DNA of 9,005 nucleotides from a virus (Duplodnaviria; Heunggongvirae; Uroviricota; Caudoviricetes): IMG/VR virus record IMGVR_UViG_3300014919_000042; one strand, 5' to 3'. Shown piece by piece: positions 1 to 6,078 of this stretch (position 1 is its first letter; each line of letters starts with the position of its first letter). The notes under the pieces were generated by a model. It saw only the letters and a program-made list of their open reading frames with translations, ran no database searches and was not told where the DNA came from. The position numbers and the translations under genes were made by a program.

Positions 1-1
1 T

Positions 2-163
2 GCTAACGGAGAAGGCTGGCTAATTGGCTGGCGTTCTCTCTGGTACACCTGGGGACAAAAAGAAACCGGAGAATGGCTGTGGACATTTCAGGTCGGGGAC
101 CTTGAAAACGTCAATATCACTCACTGGGCAGTAATGCCGAAAGCACCGAAGAATAAAAAATGA
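2..163 (+). CDS. Hypothetical phage protein, C-terminal fragment (5' end outside window)
   Basis: Frame is open from the window edge to TGA at 161..163, which overlaps the next ATG at 160 (ATGA coupling). Translation ends ...THWAVMPKAPKNKK and is Trp-rich. Absent from the ORF track because there is no in-window start. Confidence 0.45.
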   Translation, partial: ANGEGWLIGWRSLWYTWGQKETGEWLWTFQVGDLENVNITHWAVMPKAPKNKK

Positions 164-363
164 GCGTGATAAAAACTCATACAGGAATTGTTATCACCCG
201 AGACGGTCCGCAGGTAAAAAAACTGCACCAGACAAAGCGGATGTGGGTCGTCGGAAAAAACGAGTTTTACCACAAAGAAACCGGACGCCGCCACTTTGCA
301 GAAAATACTCGCCGCCGACTGCTGATCGATACCATCAAGCCTATCGAGGTGAAGCATGTTTAA
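160..363 (+). CDS. Hypothetical small phage protein (67 aa)
   Basis: ATG start overlapping the upstream stop; its own stop overlaps the next ATG (ATGTTTAA at 356..363). Tiles with its neighbours on the same strand. No recognisable motif. Confidence 0.5.
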   Translation: MSVIKTHTGIVITRDGPQVKKLHQTKRMWVVGKNEFYHKETGRRHFAENTRRRLLIDTIKPIEVKHV

Positions 364-595
364 ACAGAACGAAAAATCTATCGCTCAAATTGCTGAGTAT
401 ATCCCGCGTGCGTGCCGGGATATGCAGTTGCAGGAAGCCAAAGCACGCCTGGAGAAAAAAATTGCGCTCTATATCGATGACGGCTGTGATGCCGCCGTTC
501 TTAACGCGGCGTTCGCGCCAGCTCTTAACAGTCATACGCGAAAGTCTTTTTTTTCGTGCATCGCAGCGCAGATCCGTAAAGGAGGCAACCAGTGA
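356..595 (+). CDS. Hypothetical small phage protein (79 aa)
   Basis: ATG at 356 preceded by GAGGTG. Stop TGA 593..595 overlaps the GTG start of the next gene. Confidence 0.55.
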   Translation: MFKQNEKSIAQIAEYIPRACRDMQLQEAKARLEKKIALYIDDGCDAAVLNAAFAPALNSHTRKSFFSCIAAQIRKGGNQ

Positions 596-1524
596 GCAAC
601 ATTAACTATCAGGTACTGCGTGAAAAGGCAGAGAAAGCAACTAAAGGAAGCTACATCGTAGGGCATACATCTGTTAACCAACACGGCAATTTAACAGGAG
701 TTTTTGTTTGTCAAAAATGGAAAGGAGAACCCGGTGGCGTAATTGCAGAATGTCACGTTAACTGCCTGGTTGAAACAGATGCTCAGGCTTATGCAAACGC
801 TGAATTCATAGCAGAGGCTAACCCGGCTACCGTGCTGGCACTGCTGGATGAACAGGAANNNNNNNNNNNNNNNNNNNNNNNNNNNNNNNNNNNNGAGGAT
901 ATTGCGCTTACGGTTGGGAGGCTGCGCGTTGAGCTGGAAGGCAAAGACAGCAAAATAGCCAATCTTACCGCCGAACGCGATGCTCTTCGTGAAGGTGAGA
1001 TGGGCGACGCTAGGCATAGCAACACACGGGCCGCAGCTGATATCTACTTCCAACTGGTCGAGGAATGCGAAATTCCTGCTGGCGGATCTCTGGTCGAGTA
1101 CGTTGACGATATGCGCGAGAAGCTGGAAGCCGCAGAGAAGCGCATTGCAGAACTGGAAGCACGGGAAATAAAACCAGCCAAAGGCGAAGTTCTTGTCGTT
1201 GTTTCTGGTTTTACTGGTTGCGGAAAAAGCGCCATCGCCGGGGAAATAGAAATCGCGATGAAGGCTATTGGTGTACCGGTTCAGTGGACTAATGGCGATG
1301 TGGAAAAGCGCATGACAGGAGCTGACTGGCTGACAGCGATTGAGATGTACAAACCAACAGTGCGCATCGTGGAAGTTAATGTGCCACGCGCCCCCGGCAT
1401 TCGCCTCAAAGGAGAGAGAGAATGCAAATTTCACCGGTTACTCTTCGTGTTGCGAAGGCGTTTATATCCAGACATCACCGACACAATAAACCCCCGGTGG
1501 GGCATAAATTCAGCATTGGTCTGA
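592..1524 (+). CDS. Ea22-like (ead/Ea22 family) prophage protein with central coiled coil; interrupted by a 36-nt N run; true 3' end uncertain
   Basis: GTG start 6 nt after a strong RBS AAAGGAGG (578..585). N-terminal segment ...AYANAEFIAEANPATVLALLDEQE resembles the conserved N-terminus I recall for Ea22-like proteins. Central region is charged and heptad-like (LRVELEGKDSKIANLTAERDALR ... REKLEAAEKRIAELEARE). A Walker-A-like GFTGCGKS lies at 1207..1230. The last 103 nt overlap the next gene out of frame. Confidence 0.6.
   Translation: MSNINYQVLREKAEKATKGSYIVGHTSVNQHGNLTGVFVCQKWKGEPGGVIAECHVNCLVETDAQAYANAEFIAEANPATVLALLDEQEXXXXXXXXXXXXEDIALTVGRLRVELEGKDSKIANLTAERDALREGEMGDARHSNTRAAADIYFQLVEECEIPAGGSLVEYVDDMREKLEAAEKRIAELEAREIKPAKGEVLVVVSGFTGCGKSAIAGEIEIAMKAIGVPVQWTNGDVEKRMTGADWLTAIEMYKPTVRIVEVNVPRAPGIRLKGERECKFHRLLFVLRRRLYPDITDTINPRWGINSALV
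859..894. other. Run of 36 N (assembly gap or masked bases) inside the Ea22-like CDS
   Basis: 36 consecutive n characters. The reading frame is open and consistent on both sides if the gap is a multiple of 3. Confidence 0.99.
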
Positions 1525-1949
1525 GAAATGATGCCGGAGAATTGATAGGTGTGGCGACAGCCGGTAGACCTGTTGCACGACATTTGGACGATGGATTAAC
1601 GCTTGAAGTAAATCGCACATGTACCACAGGAGAACGCAACGCTAACAGCGCGCTTTATGGTGCTGTCTGGCGGGCAGCAAAGGCTATGGGTTATCAACGT
1701 TGTATTACGTACACCCAGGCAGATGAATCAGGAGCATCTCTCCGCGCAGCTGGTTTTGTTCGTGTGAAAGAGCTTCCTCCAAGAAAAAGCTGGGCGGAAT
1801 CAAGCGTCGCCCTGCGGAGTAAACGCGATCCGGTCGGAAACGGTGGTGTTCCTCGTGTGCTCTGGGAAATCAGGAGAATGAGTACCACTGGCATTCGCAT
1901 CAAAGCAGCGGGATATGACCACTATTACCAGAGAAAGCTCGAAGATTAA
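1422..1949 (+). CDS. Hypothetical prophage protein (175 aa) with weak GNAT-like acyltransferase signature
   Basis: ATG at 1422 preceded by AAAGGAGAGAGAG. Coherent, non-repetitive translation. Segment LEVNRTCTTGERNANSALYGAVWRAAKAMGY...ESGASLRAAGF resembles the GNAT core (strand, helix, then N-x-x-S-x-x-L-x-x-x-GF). Has an RHHRHNKPPVGH motif near the N-terminus. Confidence 0.55.
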   Translation: MQISPVTLRVAKAFISRHHRHNKPPVGHKFSIGLRNDAGELIGVATAGRPVARHLDDGLTLEVNRTCTTGERNANSALYGAVWRAAKAMGYQRCITYTQADESGASLRAAGFVRVKELPPRKSWAESSVALRSKRDPVGNGGVPRVLWEIRRMSTTGIRIKAAGYDHYYQRKLED

Positions 1950-2364
1950 ATCATTCATCAATGGCTTCCTGAGCGACCCAGCGCACGATAACCAATCCTC
2001 AGACAGCCTGCTTGCCAATGTGTTTCGTATCGCACAGGCATCGCTGGAAGCAGAGCCGATAGCGTGGCGATATCGCTATGTGAAAAAAGGCGTTACGGAC
2101 TCTCAGGGGGAGCAGTGGGTTGGTGACTGGAAATATGTACCGACAAAAGAGGATTGCAACGACAGGCCGAACTATGAAATTCAGGCGTTATTCACCGCTC
2201 CACCTGTGCCACTGACACCAGAAGGATTGATTAAAGCAGTGCGCTTCTATGAACAGGTTAAGCGTGAAAATCCGCCAGTCGAAACCGGAGCATGGAAAGA
2301 CGCTGTTGACTGGGTGCTCAAAGAGGCTTGCCAGGCTGTAAACATTGGTACCAAAGGAGATTGA
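1915..2364 (+). CDS. Hypothetical prophage protein (149 aa) sharing an N-terminal module with the downstream DUF551 protein
   Basis: ATG at 1915, overlapping the upstream gene end by 35 nt. Stop TGA 2362..2364 lies 1 nt before the next ATG. Contains ASLEAEPIAW and APPVP motifs that recur in the next gene. Confidence 0.55.
   Translation: MTTITRESSKIKSFINGFLSDPAHDNQSSDSLLANVFRIAQASLEAEPIAWRYRYVKKGVTDSQGEQWVGDWKYVPTKEDCNDRPNYEIQALFTAPPVPLTPEGLIKAVRFYEQVKRENPPVETGAWKDAVDWVLKEACQAVNIGTKGD
2041..2058 (+). repeat. 18-nt perfect direct repeat TCGCTGGAAGCAGAGCCG, copy 1 (in the 149-aa gene)
   Basis: Identical 18-mer at 2041..2058 and 2474..2491, encoding SLEAEP in both genes. A second related stretch CCGCTCC(A/G)CCTGTGCC lies at 2196..2211 and 2607..2622, encoding APPVP. 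Confidence 0.9.
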
Positions 2365-2365
2365 T

Positions 2366-3313
2366 ATGAGCACTTTTACCGACAAAGAACTGATTAAAGA
2401 AATCAAAGAGCGCATAGGCAGCCTGGACGTGAGAGACAATATTGAGCGCCGGGCTTATGAAATAGCGTTAGCCTCGCTGGAAGCAGAGCCGGTGGCATGG
2501 GTAATGGCTGACGACCTTAGAGATAATGCAATTGTATCTACCCCGGCCTACCCATGTCTGGATGATGCGAAAGAGCGAACAATTGGCAGTTTGATTGCTT
2601 TGTACGCCGCTCCGCCTGTGCCGGTAATACAGGCTGATGTCGCGCAAGCAATTGAAAATCTCAAGCAGAAGTTAGTGGAGTGCAATCGCTATAACTACTG
2701 CGCAGATGCAGTTAAAGATGTTGAGGATGCCAGCCGCGTCTTGGCACTCCAAAATCAAAATATGTCAGCGCCGATAACGCCGGAGGCCATTGAAAACGCA
2801 ATTGAATACATCCGCAGTATCGCTTTTCACATCGATGAAGACGATTACCACGGCAAACATATTGCGTATTTCATGCGACAAGCATTGGCCTGGCTGGAAG
2901 GGCATTCATGCAGCGACGACAGACTGGGTAAAGCCGAGAATCAAACAGTACACGGCAACCAGGCTGCCGAATCCAATCGCGGTAATGAGTGGACCGGCAA
3001 TCCTGATATTGATAACGCCATCATCATGCTCGATCGCATAGATACGCTGGAAAGTTGCGATGATGACCGTATTGAGGCGGTTAAGGCTGTTTTGCGTAGA
3101 CTGGCTGGCAACTATCCGGTAACTCCGGATGGTTGGATAAGCTGTAGTGAGCGAATGCCCGATCAAGATGATTGGATTTTAATTTATTCAAAGCACGGTG
3201 AGTATATGGCAGGCCAGGTGCAAGGGGAATACGTGGAGTTGAGCGACGGCACTTTATCGTGGTTAGGGAACGCCTTGTTCTGGATGCCTCTACCAGAACC
3301 GCCGCAGGGGTGA
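2366..3313 (+). CDS. DUF551 domain-containing prophage protein
   Basis: ATG at 2366 with RBS GGAG (2356..2359), preferred over the in-frame TTG at 2345 used by the ORF track. C-terminus DGWISCSERMPDQDDWILIYSKHGEYMAGQ...LFWMPLPEPP matches the DUF551 pattern (W-x-x-V-x-D-x-LP ... WMPLPEPP). Confidence 0.8.
   Translation: MSTFTDKELIKEIKERIGSLDVRDNIERRAYEIALASLEAEPVAWVMADDLRDNAIVSTPAYPCLDDAKERTIGSLIALYAAPPVPVIQADVAQAIENLKQKLVECNRYNYCADAVKDVEDASRVLALQNQNMSAPITPEAIENAIEYIRSIAFHIDEDDYHGKHIAYFMRQALAWLEGHSCSDDRLGKAENQTVHGNQAAESNRGNEWTGNPDIDNAIIMLDRIDTLESCDDDRIEAVKAVLRRLAGNYPVTPDGWISCSERMPDQDDWILIYSKHGEYMAGQVQGEYVELSDGTLSWLGNALFWMPLPEPPQG
2474..2491 (+). repeat. 18-nt perfect direct repeat TCGCTGGAAGCAGAGCCG, copy 2 (in the DUF551 gene)
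   Basis: See copy 1. The two copies are 433 nt apart, in frame in both genes. Confidence 0.9.
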
Positions 3314-3379
3314 AATGATGCTTGGCCTGAAGTATTTTATGTAATTGGTATTGCTATATTTTTATCTGGGGATAAACGA

Positions 3380-3622
3380 ATGTTCTCTCTGATTCAACGT
3401 GGTCAGATATACACCGATAGCGCTGGCTATCCAGTAAAAATCATTCGTAGTACTGATCACTCAGTGTTCTTCAAGAGGATGGATGGCTATCCTGGAAGGG
3501 TGTGCATCAGAAAATTCAATAATTTATTCGAACACATTGATCACAGAGAATATCACCAGATCCTGGCTGAAACAGAACAGGAAGCTCATCTGAAAAAATT
3601 ACGGGCCATGAAAAGGAAGTAA
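3380..3622 (+). CDS. Hypothetical small prophage protein (80 aa), possibly DUF4222-like
   Basis: ATG at 3380 after GGGGATAAACGA. Follows the only sizeable intergenic gap in the prophage part. Family assignment is from memory only. Confidence 0.55.
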   Translation: MFSLIQRGQIYTDSAGYPVKIIRSTDHSVFFKRMDGYPGRVCIRKFNNLFEHIDHREYHQILAETEQEAHLKKLRAMKRK

Positions 3623-3625
3623 ACA

Positions 3626-3760
3626 ATGAATAAAGCATTTGAACGATGGGTCCACCAGCGTTACGGCAATCGCTATGATCTGACGCGAGATGTTGACGGT
3701 TTCTACTGTCGTGAAGTTGTGAAGCGAATGTTTGAAGTGTGGTGCCACTGCCGTGGATGA
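3626..3760 (+). CDS. Hypothetical small protein (44 aa) with Cys/His cluster; not in the supplied ORF track
   Basis: ATG at 3626 preceded by AAAAGGAAG with a 6-nt spacer. Translation MNKAFERWVHQRYGNRYDLTRDVDGFYCREVVKRMFEVWCHCRG, stop TGA 3758..3760. It exactly fills the space between its neighbours. Confidence 0.45.
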   Translation: MNKAFERWVHQRYGNRYDLTRDVDGFYCREVVKRMFEVWCHCRG

Positions 3761-3778
3761 AAGTTTTATGAGGTTGGC

Positions 3779-4033
3779 ATGCAGACAATCATCTATCAGA
3801 TAACCCCCAGCAAATGGTGTACGGAGAGAGTCCTTATTGCATCAACAGGGCTAAAGCCCGGCACCATCGAGCGGGCCAGAAGAAAGTCATGGATGCAGGG
3901 AAAAGAATACCGCCATTACGCTGTAGAAGGTGATCCTGGGCATTACAGTGAATGCCTGTACAACATCGAAGAAATTATGCGATGGATCGAAAACCAGAAA
4001 CAACCAGGTGCCAAAAATGCAAGTTCCGGTTAA
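3779..4033 (+). CDS. Putative excisionase / Xis-like DNA-binding protein (84 aa)
   Basis: Sits immediately upstream of the integrase in the same orientation, RBS GAGG (3770..3773). Small basic protein (KWCTERVLIASTGLKPGTIERARRKSW...YNIEEIMRWIE) with the look of a winged-helix excisionase. Call rests on position and composition. Confidence 0.55.
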   Translation: MQTIIYQITPSKWCTERVLIASTGLKPGTIERARRKSWMQGKEYRHYAVEGDPGHYSECLYNIEEIMRWIENQKQPGAKNASSG

Positions 4034-4066
4034 CCTGTTAATGCTCCTGGACGTCTGGGAGGTTTA

Positions 4067-5353
4067 ATGAGTAACGTATCATACCCGACAGGCGTTGAAA
4101 ACCATGGAGGATCACTCCGTATATGGTTTCACTATAATGGCAAACGTGTCAGAGAAAACCTCGGTGTTCCTGACACCGCCAAAAACCGGAAGATCGCAGG
4201 TGAACTTCGCACTTCCGTTTGTTTTGCAATCAGAATGGGGTGTTTCGACTACGCCACACAGTTCCCTAATTCCCCTAACCTGAAACACTTTGGTCTGGGA
4301 AAAAGAGAGATAACCGTTAAGGCACTTTCGGAAAAATGGTTGGACCTTAAGAAAATTGAGATTTGTGCGAATGCACTTAATCGTTACCAGTCAGTAATTA
4401 AAAACATGTTGCCTATGTTGGGTGAGAAAAAACTGGTTTCATCCATAACAAAAGAGGATTTACTTTTCGCAAGGAGAGATTTGTTGACCGGTTACCAAAA
4501 GCTTTCTAATGGAAAGATTTCTTCCATAAAAGGGCGCTCAGTGGTCACAGTAAACTACTATATGACAACCATAGCTGGAATGTTTCAATTTGCAACAGAT
4601 AATGGTTATACCTCAGGAAACCCATTTAACGGTCTGGCACCCTTAAAAAAGTCCAAGGTAAAACCAGATCCTCTCACCCGTGACGAATTTATTCGTTTTA
4701 TTGAGGCTTGCCGTCATCAACAAACAAAAAACCTGTGGATTCTCGCTGTATACACGGGTATTCGTCACGGGGAGCTGGTATCGCTGGCATGGGAAGATAT
4801 AGATCTTAAAGCAAGGACTATAACCATCCGTAGGAATTATACAAAACTTGGCGAATTCACTCCACCAAAAACCGATGCTGGCACCGGAAGGACAATTCAT
4901 CTGGTTCAACCAGCTATTGATGCTCTTAAAAGTCAGGCGGAAATGACCATGCTTGGAAAGCAACATTCTGTAGAGGTAAAGCAGAGGGAATATGGGAGAA
5001 GTACTGTGCATAAATGCACTTTTGTTTTTAGTCCTCAGGTAATAAAACAGCGGCAGTTTTCCGGACCGCACTATAAGGTTGACTCCATCAGGGAGTCATG
5101 GACAAGTATCTTAAAACGCGCAGGTCTGAGACACAGAAAATCGTACCAATCCAGGCATACTTATGCATGCTGGTCACTTGCCGCTGGAGCTAATCCTAGT
5201 TTTATCGCAAGCCAGATGGGCCACACAAACGCACAAATGGTATTCAATGTTTACGGAGCATGGATGAAAGACAACAATCACGAACAGATAGAACTCCTTA
5301 ACAAAAGACTATCTGAAAGTGTCCCATGTATGCCCCATAAGAAAGTGGGGTAA
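4067..5353 (+). CDS. int: Tyrosine-type site-specific recombinase (phage integrase), 428 aa
   Basis: RBS GGGAGG (4056..4061) 5 nt before the ATG. Box I Arg context AVYTGIRHGELVSLAWEDID; box II SRHTYACWSLAAG (R-H-T-x-A); catalytic Tyr context GHTNAQMVFNVYGAWM. Last gene before the prophage/host junction. Confidence 0.95.
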   Translation: MSNVSYPTGVENHGGSLRIWFHYNGKRVRENLGVPDTAKNRKIAGELRTSVCFAIRMGCFDYATQFPNSPNLKHFGLGKREITVKALSEKWLDLKKIEICANALNRYQSVIKNMLPMLGEKKLVSSITKEDLLFARRDLLTGYQKLSNGKISSIKGRSVVTVNYYMTTIAGMFQFATDNGYTSGNPFNGLAPLKKSKVKPDPLTRDEFIRFIEACRHQQTKNLWILAVYTGIRHGELVSLAWEDIDLKARTITIRRNYTKLGEFTPPKTDAGTGRTIHLVQPAIDALKSQAEMTMLGKQHSVEVKQREYGRSTVHKCTFVFSPQVIKQRQFSGPHYKVDSIRESWTSILKRAGLRHRKSYQSRHTYACWSLAAGANPSFIASQMGHTNAQMVFNVYGAWMKDNNHEQIELLNKRLSESVPCMPHKKVG

Positions 5354-5379
5354 AATAAAAACTTGTAAAATCAGTTAGT

Positions 5380-5400
5380 TTACCCTTAATCCCTGTCACG
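5380..5400. other. Approximate prophage/host attachment junction (att core region)
   Basis: In the mlrA frame the translation reads ...LPLIPVTLRAWQRRYGLLKPQ. Downstream of about 5392 it matches the MlrA N-terminal region as I recall it (PVTLRAWQRRYGLLKPQ); upstream it does not, and an in-frame stop lies at 5356..5358. Exact crossover needs the other junction or an uninterrupted allele. Confidence 0.6.
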
Positions 5401-6075
5401 TTACGCGCGTGGCAGAGGCGTTACGGATTGCTGAAACCGCAACGGACAGACGGCGGTCATCGGCTGTTCAACGATGCCGATATTGACCGGATCCGCGAGA
5501 TCAAACGCTGGATCGACAACGGCGTGCAGGTCAGCAAAGTTAAAATGCTGCTCAGTAATGAAAATGTTGATGTGCAGAACGGCTGGCGCGATCAGCAAGA
5601 AACATTACTGACTTACCTGCAAAGCGGCAATCTACATAGCCTGCGAACGTGGATCAAAGAGCGCGGTCAGGATTACCCCGCCCAGACACTCACCACACAT
5701 CTGTTTATTCCTCTGCGCCGACGGCTTCAGTGCCAACAACCGACTCTCCAGGCGCTGCTGGCGATCCTCGACGGCGTACTGATCAACTACATCGCCATTT
5801 GTCTGGCTTCGGCACGTAAAAAACAGGGTAAAGATGCGCTGGTGGTTGGCTGGAATATTCAGGATACCACCCGTCTGTGGCTGGAGGGCTGGATTGCCAG
5901 TCAACAAGGATGGCGCATTGATGTCCTCGCCCACTCGCTCAATCAACTACGCCCTGAACTATTCGAAGGCCGTACATTGCTGGTGTGGTGCGGTGAAAAT
6001 CGAACCTCCGCCCAACAGCAGCAACTCACCAGTTGGCAAGAACAAGGCCATGATATTTTCCCACTCGGCATTTAA
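5392..6075 (+). pseudogene. mlrA: mlrA (yehV) MerR-family regulator of csgD/curli, 5'-truncated by the prophage insertion
   Basis: Translation LRAWQRRYGLLKPQRTDGGHRLFNDADIDRIREIKRWIDNGVQVSKVKMLL ... QEQGHDIFPLGI corresponds to MlrA from about residue 18 to the C-terminus. No ATG or upstream ORF supplies the missing N-terminal HTH segment. The ORF track only finds a TTG at 5428. Confidence 0.88.
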
Positions 6076-6078
6076 TGA

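Larger units (their letters stand above)
1..5390. mobile_element. Integrase-proximal end of a lambdoid prophage integrated in mlrA (yehV); extends beyond the window start
   Basis: Eleven co-directional, tightly tiled + strand ORFs ending in an excisionase-like gene and a tyrosine integrase, followed directly by an mlrA reading frame that lacks its 5' end. Gene order (accessory ea-type genes, xis-like, int, att) matches the leftward early operon of lambdoid phages. The right boundary is approximate. Confidence 0.85.

Noticed and set aside
121-535. - strand ORFs (121..357, 341..535) antisense to the small + strand genes
   Set aside because: They are shadows of the + strand genes, have no RBS, and oppose an otherwise unidirectional operon.
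243-605. 120-aa + strand ORF overlapping the two small genes at 160..363 and 356..595
   Set aside because: The translation is Arg/Lys-rich with no start signal, and it cuts across two ORFs that are translationally coupled (overlapping stop/start pairs). Treated as an alternative-frame artefact.
691-1434. 247-aa - strand ORF antisense to the Ea22-like gene
   Set aside because: It spans the N run and the translation looks low-complexity (Phe/Cys-rich). It is an antisense shadow of a long + strand ORF that has a strong RBS.
2345-2365. TTG start at 2345 for the DUF551 gene, as in the ORF track
   Set aside because: The in-frame ATG at 2366 has a properly spaced GGAG and begins 1 nt after the upstream stop; the TTG start would overlap the upstream gene and has no RBS.
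4643-5071. 142-aa - strand ORF inside the integrase gene
   Set aside because: It lies entirely within the integrase CDS, whose catalytic motifs are intact. Shadow ORF in an AT-rich gene.
5428-6075. Treating the TTG-initiated 215-aa ORF as an intact, functional mlrA
   Set aside because: The frame extends upstream into conserved MlrA residues (LRAWQRRYG) and then meets prophage sequence and a stop, so this is a 5'-truncated remnant and not a complete gene.
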